A stretch of DNA of 32,000 nucleotides, taken from an uncultured Lachnospiraceae bacterium (GTDB taxonomy: Bacteria > Bacillota > Clostridia > Lachnospirales > Lachnospiraceae). The DNA is taken from positions 44,581-76,580 of the forward strand of contig CATBCG010000073.1 in assembly GCA_949502025.1 (NCBI GenBank), written 5' to 3'. Numbering within the stretch: the first letter of the stretch is position 1; every line of letters starts with the position of its first letter. Both the position numbers and the translations under genes were made by a program. Below the pieces are notes generated by a model that saw only the letters and a program-made list of their open reading frames with translations, did not search any database and had not been told where the DNA came from. Of the stretch, positions 17,425 to 25,921 are shown in pieces.

Positions 17425-17453
17425 CTGACAGAAGGAAGTCGTTGTTGTATAAT
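17425..17453 (+). promoter_or_regulatory. Sigma-A-type promoter for queH
   Basis: CTGACA (17425-17430), a 17-nt spacer, then TATAAT (17448-17453). Confidence 0.5.
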
Positions 17454-17512
17454 AAAAAGCATGTCAAGCGATAGGATGTTTGGAAGGGATGTCTGGAAAG
17501 GGAGAATAAGGA

Positions 17513-18154
17513 ATGAATAAAGTGAATTATCAAAGAGAATTAGATAAAACATTGGAGAGATTAGCGGTGGAGGGAAAGAAGCCGTCGCTTCTGCTGCATG
17601 CCTGCTGTGCGCCGTGCAGCAGTTATGTGCTGGAGTATTTGTCTGCTTACTTTGAGATTACGTTGTATTTTTATAATCCGAATATTGCGCCCAGAGAGGA
17701 GTATGAGAAGCGTTTGGAGGAACTGGAGCGTTTATGTCTGGAAATGCAGGAGGCAGGACGGCTTTCCCTGCCGGTTAAAATTTTGGCAGGAGAGTATGAG
17801 CCGGAGCGTTTTACCAGGCTGGCACAGGGACGGGAGGAATTGCCGGAAGGAGGAGAGCGCTGTTTTGCCTGCTACGCGCTGCGGCTGGGAGAAGCTGCAA
17901 AGGTGGCAAAGGAGGGAGGGTTTGACTATATGACGACTACCTTGTCCATCAGTCCTTATAAAAATGCAGAAAAATTAAATGAAATCGGCAGAAATCTGGA
18001 GAAGCAGACAGGAGTTGCTTATTTATATTCGGATTTTAAAAAGAAAAACGGCTATCAGCGTTCGATTGCGCTTTCGCAGGAATTCGATTTGTATCGGCAG
18101 GATTATTGCGGCTGTGTTTATTCCCGCGCAGAGAGGGAACACAATAGGCATTGA
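17513..18154 (+). CDS. queH: Epoxyqueuosine reductase QueH (DUF208)
   Basis: Motifs LLLHACCAPCSSY and YFYNPNI, plus ERCFACYALRL, TTTLSISPYKN and DYCGC. Confidence 0.85.
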   Translation: MNKVNYQRELDKTLERLAVEGKKPSLLLHACCAPCSSYVLEYLSAYFEITLYFYNPNIAPREEYEKRLEELERLCLEMQEAGRLSLPVKILAGEYEPERFTRLAQGREELPEGGERCFACYALRLGEAAKVAKEGGFDYMTTTLSISPYKNAEKLNEIGRNLEKQTGVAYLYSDFKKKNGYQRSIALSQEFDLYRQDYCGCVYSRAEREHNRH

Positions 18155-18224
18155 CAAAATAAAAGGGTACGATTACAATGATAATGATACATATTCTCAT
18201 TTATAAAAGAAAGGGGAGCGTTCT

Positions 18225-18446
18225 ATGAATTTATGCGAGGCAGAAATCGGCAGACAATACCGGATTGCCCGGATGGATCTGACAGAGGATATCGGACGGC
18301 GGTTAAGGGCGTTGGGTATGACACAAGAGACAAGTTTGTCTGTTTTAAATCGAAAACGAAACGGCTGTCTGATCTTTAAAGTCAGGGGAACGAGACTGGC
18401 AATCGGACGGGATATCGCAGAAGCAATACAAGTAGAACATGTCTAA
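18225..18446 (+). CDS. feoA: FeoA-family ferrous iron transport protein
   Basis: A 73-aa SH3-like FeoA pattern (G..Y.I......D....RL..LGM..G..L.V......G...F.V.G...A....IA..I.V), immediately upstream of feoB. Confidence 0.85.
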   Translation: MNLCEAEIGRQYRIARMDLTEDIGRRLRALGMTQETSLSVLNRKRNGCLIFKVRGTRLAIGRDIAEAIQVEHV

Positions 18447-18466
18447 GAGCAGGAGGAAAGGAAGCG

Positions 18467-20569
18467 ATGAAGGAACAGAGCGGAAGCGGGCAGGAAATTC
18501 AGGTTGGATTTGTCGGAAACCCAAATTGCGGGAAAACGACGTTGTTTAATGCTTATACAGGAGCCAGGCTGAAGGTAGCAAACTGGCCGGGCGTAACCGT
18601 AGAAAAAAAAGAAGGGGCTATGAAATACCATAACCATCGGTTCCGACTGGTGGATCTTCCGGGTATTTACAGTCTGACTTCTTATACGATGGAGGAGAAG
18701 CTTTCCAGGCAGTATATTATGGAAGAGGATGTGGATGTTATTGTCAATGTCGTGGATGCTTCCAATTTGGAACGGAATTTATATTTGACGTTGCAGTTGA
18801 TCGAACTTGGGAAACCGGTGATTCTGGCGCTGAATATGATGGATGTAGTAGCGGAGCGCGGAATGGAAATCGATCTGCATCGTCTGCCGGAGATGTTGGG
18901 AATCCCGGTGATTCCGGTATCGGCAAGAAAGAAAACAGGGTTGGATATCTTAATGCACGCCGTTGCCCATCACCGGGACAAGAAAAACGATGAAAAGTTA
19001 GAACACCATCATCAGGCAGCCAGGGAGAGCAGACATATTCATAAGCATCATGAGGAATATGCGGTCGTTTACAGTGATGAAATTGAGGATCGGATTGACG
19101 AGGTAGAGGCAATCTGGCAGAAACACTATAAAAAGGCGTTGCCCGGACAGGAAGAACGGACACAAAGGGCAAGGCTGCGCTGGATTGCGATTAAGCTGCT
19201 AGAGCGTGATCCGGAAATTTTAAAAGCCTACCCGCTGGCAGCGGCAGAATTGCCAAAGGAAAGCTATGAGACTCGGATTACCAATGAAAAGTATGATTTT
19301 ATTGAGGAAATCGTCGAAGAAGTCGTAGTCAATAAAAGCAGCAAAGAGGAGAACACGGATCGGATTGATCGACTGCTGACCCATCCTGTTTGGGGGCTTC
19401 CGGTTTTCCTGGGAATTATGGCGATGGTGTTCTTTTTGACCTTTACGATTGGAGACTGGCTCAAAGGTTATTTTGAACTGGCGCTTGACATCTGTTCCGG
19501 CGGGGTGACAGCGATGTTGGAATTTTTCCATGCAGGAGATATTTTGACCTCTCTGATTGTAGAAGGTATTATTGCGGGAGTAGGAGGCATTTTGACCTTC
19601 CTGCCAAATATTTTTATTTTGTTTTTGGCATTGGCTATTTTGGAGGACAGCGGCTATATGGCGCGGGTCGCTTATGTGATGGATGGAGTAATGGGGAAAA
19701 TCGGTCTTTCCGGACGGGCGTTTATCCCGATGCTGTTGGGATTTGGCTGCACTGTTCCGGCGGTGATGGCTTCCCGCGCTTTAGAAGATCCGGCAGATCG
19801 CCGAAAAACTATTTTTATTACGCCGTTTATGTCTTGCAGCGCCAGACTGCCGATTTATGTACTGTTTTCGGAACTCTTTTTTGCGGAACACGCGATGCTT
19901 GCTGCTTATTCGATGTATGTGATTGGACTGGGGATCGCTATTTTATCTGCTTTTGTAATGCGTCTGTTTCAGAAGAAAAAGCAGGAGCATACGCTTTTAA
20001 TTGAGCTGCCGGAATATAAAACGCCTAACGCCCATACGATTTTTATTTATGTATGGGAGAAGGTAAAGGACTATCTGACCAAAGCGGGAACGACCATTTT
20101 CCTGGCTTCGGTGATTCTATGGGCGATGCTCAATTTCGGTCCGTCCGGGCTGGTAGAAGATATGAGCCAGAGCTTTGGCGCGATGTTCGGCAGATGGCTG
20201 GCTCCGCTTTTGGCTCCGGCAGGGTTAGGAATGTGGCAGGTAGCGTTGGCATTTTTATCGGGACTGGCAGCGAAGGAAGTTGTGGTTTCAAGCTTTAGCG
20301 TGTTGTATGGAATCGGCAATATCAATTCGGCAGCGGGGATGACAGAGCTGTCGGGGATTTTGGCGGCGAGCGGTTTTACTGCTTTGAATGCCTATGCGTT
20401 AATGGTGTTTTGTCTGCTGTATACTCCTTGCGTGGCAACTTTGGCGACAATGAAGCGGGAGTTAAATTCCGGCAAGTATATGGCGCTTTCCCTGGTGTTT
20501 CAAGTGGTTGTAGCATGGCTGGCAGCAACTTTGGTCTATCAGCTAGGAAAAATCGCTGGCTTAGGATAA
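18467..20569 (+). CDS. feoB: Ferrous iron transporter FeoB
   Basis: The N-terminal G-domain has GNPNCGKTTLFN, DLPG and NMMD. It is followed by a polytopic permease domain. 700 aa. Confidence 0.95.
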   Translation: MKEQSGSGQEIQVGFVGNPNCGKTTLFNAYTGARLKVANWPGVTVEKKEGAMKYHNHRFRLVDLPGIYSLTSYTMEEKLSRQYIMEEDVDVIVNVVDASNLERNLYLTLQLIELGKPVILALNMMDVVAERGMEIDLHRLPEMLGIPVIPVSARKKTGLDILMHAVAHHRDKKNDEKLEHHHQAARESRHIHKHHEEYAVVYSDEIEDRIDEVEAIWQKHYKKALPGQEERTQRARLRWIAIKLLERDPEILKAYPLAAAELPKESYETRITNEKYDFIEEIVEEVVVNKSSKEENTDRIDRLLTHPVWGLPVFLGIMAMVFFLTFTIGDWLKGYFELALDICSGGVTAMLEFFHAGDILTSLIVEGIIAGVGGILTFLPNIFILFLALAILEDSGYMARVAYVMDGVMGKIGLSGRAFIPMLLGFGCTVPAVMASRALEDPADRRKTIFITPFMSCSARLPIYVLFSELFFAEHAMLAAYSMYVIGLGIAILSAFVMRLFQKKKQEHTLLIELPEYKTPNAHTIFIYVWEKVKDYLTKAGTTIFLASVILWAMLNFGPSGLVEDMSQSFGAMFGRWLAPLLAPAGLGMWQVALAFLSGLAAKEVVVSSFSVLYGIGNINSAAGMTELSGILAASGFTALNAYALMVFCLLYTPCVATLATMKRELNSGKYMALSLVFQVVVAWLAATLVYQLGKIAGLG

Positions 20570-20608
20570 AGATATGGCGATAGAAAAGAAAAAGAAGGAG
20601 AGAAAAAG

Positions 20609-20767
20609 ATGGTAGAATGGATGATACAAGGAATACTTTGGTTGTTGATTTTGGCTGCTTGTTTCTGGATTGTCAGAAGGCGGTTCCGAAAATGGCAAAA
20701 AGGGGAATACTGCGATTGCTGTGACGGAAGTTGTGGAGGTTGTGGGAAAAGGAGTATCAAAAAATGA
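20609..20767 (+). CDS. FeoB-associated Cys-rich membrane mini-protein (52 aa; below the ORF-track cutoff)
   Basis: AAGGAG (20595-20600) sits 8 nt before ATG 20609. Translation is MVEWMIQGILWLLILAACFWIVRRRFRKWQKGEYCDCCDGSCGGCGKRSIKK*. It has one transmembrane helix plus a CxCCxxxCxxC tail. Confidence 0.75.
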   Translation: MVEWMIQGILWLLILAACFWIVRRRFRKWQKGEYCDCCDGSCGGCGKRSIKK

Positions 20768-21438
20768 AACAAAAGATAGGATGTTTATTTCTGATAGTAT
20801 CTGTAGTTCTTTTTCTGGGAGCTTGCAGCAAAAAAGAACAAACCAGCTTATACGATCAAGGTATGGAAATCGTCGGCTTGATGGTAGAAATGGTAAACAA
20901 TAAGGCATATGGCGAGATGCTGACTGGTAGCCCGGAAGTTGCAGAGACGGCAGAGAAGATCGCAGCAGGCAGTTATACGAAGCCGAGTGCAGTCTATGAA
21001 ATTGTTTTTCCGTCGATGGAAGAGATGCTCGCAGTCTATGGGGAGACAGAGATGCTAGAGGGTCTGTCTGAGAATCTGACGCGGCATCTGAACAACCGGC
21101 TGCAATCTGCGGTGATGACACAGTTCAACGCACAAGGCGGTGCGAATAGCTTGGCAGCCGCTTCGATTTATACGGCGGGAAAGACGTTTGTCAGTGAAGA
21201 ATTAAAAGAAAATAAAGTATATTTTTATACGTTTGACCAGGGCTATCCGATTGCGGTAACATTTGTAGCAGGAGAAGATCACAGTGTCAGTGCAACGGGA
21301 GGATTTTTACTGACGTGGAATGACGGAACGTCCGGCGAAGAGCCGGAAACATTTACCACAGAAGAATTACAGGAGATGCTGCAGGCAGTTTTTGGCGAGA
21401 ATTGCAGCGTTCAAAAGCTGGATCTGGATTTGCAGTAA
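20764..21438 (+). CDS. Lipoprotein of unknown function
   Basis: ATG 20764 overlaps the stop of the mini-protein (ATGA). The signal peptide is MKQKIGCLFLIVSVVLFLGAC, with lipobox L-G-A-C. I prefer this start to the track's 20731. Confidence 0.75.
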   Translation: MKQKIGCLFLIVSVVLFLGACSKKEQTSLYDQGMEIVGLMVEMVNNKAYGEMLTGSPEVAETAEKIAAGSYTKPSAVYEIVFPSMEEMLAVYGETEMLEGLSENLTRHLNNRLQSAVMTQFNAQGGANSLAAASIYTAGKTFVSEELKENKVYFYTFDQGYPIAVTFVAGEDHSVSATGGFLLTWNDGTSGEEPETFTTEELQEMLQAVFGENCSVQKLDLDLQ

Positions 21439-21456
21439 AATCAAAGATGCGATATG

Positions 21457-21506
21457 AAAAACAGGAGACGCCTGGAAGATAGGTTCCAAAACGTCTCCTG
21501 TTTGAT
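21457..21506. terminator. Bidirectional intrinsic terminator between the lipoprotein and MCP genes
   Basis: ACAGGAGACG (21461-21470) pairs with CGTCTCCTGT (21492-21501). It is flanked by AAAA and TTTG. Confidence 0.8.
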
Positions 21507-21520
21507 TATATTTTTTCCTT

Positions 21521-23230
21521 TTATAATTGGATACCGCCGGAAGCACTCCTGGCATATTCTTCCCGAAGCTTAAATTTCGCTACAAGGGATTTGAGCATTT
21601 CAGCCTGGCTGGAAAGCTCTTCGCTGGCAGCGGCGCTTTCCTGTGCGGTAGCAGAGGTCATCAGAACGACGCTGGAAATCTGATCGACGCCTAATGTTAC
21701 CTGCTCGATAGCGCCTGCCTGATCTTCGGCTGCGCTGGCGATCTTGTCTACCATGGAGGAAGCATTTTGTACATCACCGACTACCTTTAACAGTGATTCG
21801 GCTGTTTCTTTTGCAAGCTGTGTACCATGCGCTACGGCTTCGATCGAATTTTCAATGAGGTCAGCCGTATTTTTGGAGGCTTCAGAACTCTTGCTGGCAA
21901 GGCTGCGGACTTCGGATGCTACAACGGCAAAGCCTTTGCCTGCGGCTCCGGCGCGGGTAGCCTCTACAGCAGCGTTTAACGCCAATATGTTTGTCTGGAA
22001 TGCAATGTCGGAAATCGTTTTGATGATTTTGCTGATTTCATCCGAAGTACGGGTGATTTCTTCCATAGCGACGGTCAGCTCTTTCATCTGAGCATTACAT
22101 TTTTCTGCTTCCGTACCGGCAGTATTGGACTGATTTCTGGCGCCGGAAGCATTTTCGGCCGTTTCCTTTACCTGGCGGGAAATATCGCCGATCGTAGCGG
22201 CAAGCTCTTCTACAGAAGCAGCCTGTTCGGTAGCTCCTTGAGAAAGGGACTGCGCGCCGCCGGAAACCTGGTTAGCGCCGGAAGCAACCTGATCGGAACT
22301 TAGGTTGATCTGACCTAACGTAAAGCTTAAATCACGGTTGAGCTTCCGGATGGAAAGAAGGAGACCTTGGAATGCTCCTACATAACATTCTTCCGCTCTG
22401 GTACGTACGTCGAAATTGCCGTTTGCCATTTCTTCTAAAAGTCTGGAAGCATCCGTAATGACATTTCCCAGGATAGAAGTCATATTTTTAAAAGCGGCAG
22501 CCAGACGACCCAATTCATCCTTTGACTCGTAGGTTATTTGGATGTCAAAATCACCTTCTAAGATCTTTCCGGCTGAAACTTCCAGCTCACGTAGCGGTCT
22601 GGTGATGATGTTGGTCAGATAAGCGGAGAGAACCAGAGTAATCACCAAAGCGATACCTGCCATACCAAGCTGTGCGGCAACTAACAGGTTTTGCATTTCC
22701 TTTGTTTCCTGATAAGAGTCATCCGCATTTGCATTAGCTACGTTACTGATTTGGATTAAAGCGTCTACCGACTCCGTAATCAATGGTTGGTATTCATTTA
22801 ACAGCATCTCCTGGGCGGCTTTCATATCCGTGGCAGTAAGACCAATAATCGTAGCTTGCATTTCCACTGCCTTTGTGATGCTTTCGGAAAAGTTTTCCAA
22901 CATTTCCGGATTGCCCTGGAAATGCGAGAATACCCAGTTTCCATTTTCTTGTAAAAGCTCTAGCTCCTTTTCCATATCAGCCTGATATTCTGCACATTTT
23001 GCACTGTCCTCCTGAATAGTTATCAAACCGAGATCCTTGACAATGATCTGCAAGCCGCGGCGCATGTTCATGATTCGGTTTGTAACCTGATACCCGACGT
23101 TGTAAAAGTCCGAGTAGCTGTCTGAATTTCGCTGTAATCCGATGATAGCTACCGTGACAGTTGCACAAAACAGCACGATAATCGTCATAAAGGTTACAAG
23201 CAGTTTGATTCTGATTCTCAGGTTTTTCAT
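21521..23230 (-). CDS. Methyl-accepting chemotaxis protein (helical sensor domain + HAMP + MA signalling domain)
   Basis: I prefer the start at ATG 23230 (MKNLRIRIKLLVTFMTIIV), with a GGAGGA RBS. TM1 is followed by a ~190-aa ligand domain, TM2, HAMP (RPLRELEVSAGKILEGDFD), and the conserved hairpin (AFQTNILALNAAVEAARAG-like). Confidence 0.9.
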   Translation of the reverse strand: MKNLRIRIKLLVTFMTIIVLFCATVTVAIIGLQRNSDSYSDFYNVGYQVTNRIMNMRRGLQIIVKDLGLITIQEDSAKCAEYQADMEKELELLQENGNWVFSHFQGNPEMLENFSESITKAVEMQATIIGLTATDMKAAQEMLLNEYQPLITESVDALIQISNVANANADDSYQETKEMQNLLVAAQLGMAGIALVITLVLSAYLTNIITRPLRELEVSAGKILEGDFDIQITYESKDELGRLAAAFKNMTSILGNVITDASRLLEEMANGNFDVRTRAEECYVGAFQGLLLSIRKLNRDLSFTLGQINLSSDQVASGANQVSGGAQSLSQGATEQAASVEELAATIGDISRQVKETAENASGARNQSNTAGTEAEKCNAQMKELTVAMEEITRTSDEISKIIKTISDIAFQTNILALNAAVEATRAGAAGKGFAVVASEVRSLASKSSEASKNTADLIENSIEAVAHGTQLAKETAESLLKVVGDVQNASSMVDKIASAAEDQAGAIEQVTLGVDQISSVVLMTSATAQESAAASEELSSQAEMLKSLVAKFKLREEYARSASGGIQL

Positions 23231-23315
23231 TTCAGTCCTCCTTGTTTTGTGATTAGGAAACGATCTTGTACCCTCCTGGCAGGTACGTAAATCGTTCGTA
23301 AAGTATACAAGGATC

Positions 23316-23344
23316 ATTATAGCTTCTTTTACCGAATTTGTCTA
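23316..23344 (-). promoter_or_regulatory. Candidate sigma-A promoter of the MCP gene
   Basis: Read on the minus strand: TAGACA (23339-23344), a 17-nt spacer, then TATAAT (23316-23321). It lies inside the 5' extension of the track ORF, which supports the shorter CDS. Confidence 0.45.
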
Positions 23345-23405
23345 TGGCAAACTGCGAATCTCGACGAATGTCTTTTTTTCCCAGGAAAGAGAAAAAGATG
23401 GTCTC

Positions 23406-23984
23406 TTATAAATTCAGATTCAGAAAAATCTTATCCTTATCATCTTGTTCAATTCCTAAATACCGTTTGGTAATCTGGAAGGACGAATGATTGAACAGGA
23501 CGGTTAATACGGTGGCGTTGGCTCCGTTAGCCCATGCCTGATAGCCGAATGTTTTGCGAAGAGAATGACAACTGATATGTTCGGAAAGGTGCAGGGCGAA
23601 GCAGGCATGTTTGATGATACGAAATGCCTGAGAACGGCTTAGAGGGGTTCCGAATTTTCTTCCGGTAAAAATGTAGTCCTGTGGACGGGCTCTTGGTACG
23701 CTGGTCAAATAGAGGGAAAGCGCTTGCTGTACGCTTTGGTTGATGGCGATACAGGTTTCTTTTCCGGTTTTTTGCTCCAACAGGATAATATGCCTGCGAA
23801 ATTTCCCTCTGGTAAACTGATAGGTATCCTCCCAACGAAGCGAAAGCAAATCGCCGACCCTTAAAGCCGTGTTGAGTCCGGTGTTGATCAAGGCGTAGTT
23901 ACGTAAATTCCGTTCCTGATATAAATAGTAGTTCTTTAGTGCTTCCAGATCGTTTTTGTCTTTAATCGGGTGTGTTGTCCCCAT
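23406..23984 (-). CDS. Tyrosine recombinase/site-specific integrase, catalytic domain only (192 aa)
   Basis: AGGAGGAA RBS. Candidate catalytic residues are R in TALRVGDLLSL, HSLRKTFG (H-x-x-R), NHSS, and the Y in TKRYLG. There is no N-terminal SAM-like core-binding domain. Confidence 0.85.
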   Translation of the reverse strand: MGTTHPIKDKNDLEALKNYYLYQERNLRNYALINTGLNTALRVGDLLSLRWEDTYQFTRGKFRRHIILLEQKTGKETCIAINQSVQQALSLYLTSVPRARPQDYIFTGRKFGTPLSRSQAFRIIKHACFALHLSEHISCHSLRKTFGYQAWANGANATVLTVLFNHSSFQITKRYLGIEQDDKDKIFLNLNL

Positions 23985-24060
23985 ACGAATTCCTCCTGAA
24001 CTTAAAGTTTACATGTGGCAGCTTTATTATAGCAGATAAGGGGAAAAGAAGAACTTTTTG

Positions 24061-24089
24061 CTGACATTTTTTCCAAGTTGTGTTATAAT
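24061..24089 (+). promoter_or_regulatory. Sigma-A promoter with extended -10 for degV
   Basis: CTGACA (24061-24066), a 17-nt spacer, then TGT-TATAAT with the -10 at 24084-24089. Confidence 0.55.
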
Positions 24090-24149
24090 TAAAGAAGCAA
24101 AAGGACATGATTCAGGAAGAGACAAGAAACAGGAAAAGAGGATATTGCC

Positions 24150-25034
24150 ATGCCATATACCATTATGACCGATTCTGCTACCGATATGCCAAAAGAAATT
24201 GTGGAGAAATTTGATCTGCATGTGATTCCGACTCCGGTAGTGATTGAGGAGACCGATTACTTTGACGGTTCTACGATTTTGCCGGAACAGTTTTACGATA
24301 TTTTGCGGAGCGGAACGGATGTAAAGACTTACCATATCAACCAATATATGTTTTATGAGAATTTTAAGCCTTATGCAGAGGCAGGAAAAGAAGTTGTTTA
24401 CTTTTGCTTTTCCACAGGGATTGCCGGGACGTACAATGCGGCGAATCTGGCGAAGCAGGAGCTGCTAGAGGAGTTTCCGGAGTTTGATTTGACGATTGTA
24501 GATTCTAAATGCGCTTCCATTGGTTTTGGATTAGGCGTCTATTACGCCTTGCTGATGCAGAAAAACGGCGCTTCTAAGGAGCAGGTATTAGAGGCGGCTC
24601 GGTTCCATTTCGACCATATGGAGCATATGATTACCGTCAGTACGTTAGAATATCTGTATAAGGGCGGCAGGCTTTCCAGGACGGCAGCGCTGGCTGGCGG
24701 GCTGTTGGATTTAAAGCCGATTATCGAGATGACGGACGACGGCGCTCTGGCGGCGATCGAGAAAATCCGCGGCAGAAAAAAGGCGCTTAGAAGAGTAGTA
24801 GAACTGGTAGGAGAGCGCGGAGCAGCGCTCAACCGGCAAATCATCGGTATCGCGCACGGGGACTGCATAGAGGAAGCGCTCGAGGTCAAGCGAATGCTAG
24901 AGGAACGGTATGGCTGCCAAAATTTTAAAATCAATTACGTCGGCTGCGCGATAGGAGCGCATACAGGACCGGGAGTAATCGGCGTGACCTTTTTAGATGC
25001 AGAATCTCCTTATACCGCATACTTAAAGGAGTAG
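24150..25034 (+). CDS. DegV family fatty-acid-binding protein
   Basis: 294 aa. It has IMTDSATDMPKE, then S.GISGTY-like STGIAGTY, then LEYLYKGGRL. This is the canonical DegV pattern. Confidence 0.9.
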   Translation: MPYTIMTDSATDMPKEIVEKFDLHVIPTPVVIEETDYFDGSTILPEQFYDILRSGTDVKTYHINQYMFYENFKPYAEAGKEVVYFCFSTGIAGTYNAANLAKQELLEEFPEFDLTIVDSKCASIGFGLGVYYALLMQKNGASKEQVLEAARFHFDHMEHMITVSTLEYLYKGGRLSRTAALAGGLLDLKPIIEMTDDGALAAIEKIRGRKKALRRVVELVGERGAALNRQIIGIAHGDCIEEALEVKRMLEERYGCQNFKINYVGCAIGAHTGPGVIGVTFLDAESPYTAYLKE

Positions 25035-25054
25035 CGGTATAAGAAGTATTCCGG

Positions 25055-25606
25055 CTATAAGCGTCTCTGGTAGATAAGCTGACGTTTTAAGAAGAAACGC
25101 AGAACAGGCGGAGAAAGATACCGAAGCAGCAAAAGGAAAAGAGCAATAGCTGGAGGCGAATAGGTTAAAAAAGGGTTGTCTAGTTGTATCGTATACAAAA
25201 AGGCATACTGCAGAGCTGCCAGCAGAAGAAAGGAAAACCAGAAGCAAAGCTGTTCCGTCAGCAGCTTTTGGTAGCGGTAATGATAGCGAAGGCGCAGGGA
25301 AGGCAAGGAAAATCCCTGCGTCTTATATTTTTTGGTATATTCGGACAAAATTAAGTAGACAAAAAAGTAACAGAGCAGTCCATAGAGCGAGACAGGGGTA
25401 TGAGACCGTCCGATCGAAGTGGCGATTGCCAACAGGAATAATAGAACCAGAAACGCAACACGGCAGAAACAGAGCGCAAGAAAGTCGGAAAGCGTGCGTA
25501 AGTCCTGCTGAAACTGCTGCTTTTGCCGGGACGGTTCGGAGGAGGAAGCCTGCTCTGTAAAATCCTCCAAAAACTCAATCATCCTGAGATTTTTTTTCTG
25601 CGACAT
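25055..25606 (-). CDS. Hypothetical 4-TM membrane protein
   Basis: AAAGGAGG RBS, then ATG 25606 (MSQKKNLRMIEF...). It has four hydrophobic segments and no family that I recognise. It is convergent with degV, with a 20-nt gap. Confidence 0.55.
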   Translation of the reverse strand: MSQKKNLRMIEFLEDFTEQASSSEPSRQKQQFQQDLRTLSDFLALCFCRVAFLVLLFLLAIATSIGRSHTPVSLYGLLCYFFVYLILSEYTKKYKTQGFSLPSLRLRYHYRYQKLLTEQLCFWFSFLLLAALQYAFLYTIQLDNPFLTYSPPAIALFLLLLRYLSPPVLRFFLKRQLIYQRRL

Positions 25607-25730
25607 AGGGAGCCTCCTTTTTTCATGGTTTGTTTTTTGTAACAGTAGTATTGTAACACAAGGGAGGAGCAGATACAACTAGATAGCCGTTTTTTGTCGT
25701 TTTTATAAATTCTGGAAGCTGCTTACAGGT

Positions 25731-25756
25731 TAAGTCAGAAGGAAAAGATCCGATAT
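25731..25756 (+). promoter_or_regulatory. Sigma-28 (SigD/FliA)-type promoter
   Basis: TAAG (25731-25734), exactly 15 nt, then CCGATAT (25750-25756). The Bacillus SigD consensus is TAAA-N15-GCCGATAT. It is intergenic and lies ~180 nt upstream of ATG 25938. Confidence 0.55.
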
Positions 25757-25867
25757 ATATTCCATAGGAACGGATGCCTTATACGATGCACAAAAACAGT
25801 AGCTAAGCGGTACTGCAGGTATCTTCACAGCCAGAGAACGGATTCGGCGGATGTTGGAGTGACGTAG

Positions 25868-25921
25868 CTGCGGCTTAGCGGACGTAGGGATATCTGCCGC
25901 AGGAGCGGATTGGTGCGGCAG
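25868..25921 (+). promoter_or_regulatory. Structured 5' leader with two mutually exclusive helices
   Basis: Helix i pairs CTGCGGC (25868-25874) with GCCGCAG (25896-25902). Helix ii pairs CTGCCGCA (25894-25901) with TGCGGCAG (25914-25921). They share 25896-25901. The 12-nt loop of helix ii is GGAGCGGATTGG (GGA in the loop), and another AGGA lies at 25920-25923 just before the SD region. Confidence 0.4.

Noticed and set aside
20561-21121. A 186-aa minus-strand ORF overlapping the feoB end, the Cys-rich mini-ORF and the lipoprotein gene
   Set aside because: The plus strand has coherent RBS-led genes (lipobox, Cys-rich family) and a terminator. The minus-strand product is low-complexity Ser/Pro/Leu with no RBS.
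23231-23317. A 29-codon N-terminal extension of the MCP (track start 23317)
   Set aside because: The extension has no RBS and would include the predicted -10 box. ATG 23230 has a GGAGGA RBS and begins a typical MCP N-terminus with its transmembrane helix.
24027-24344. A 105-aa minus-strand ORF spanning the degV promoter and start
   Set aside because: It overlaps a strong extended -10 promoter and the well-supported DegV N-terminus on the plus strand. It has no RBS and no recognisable domain.
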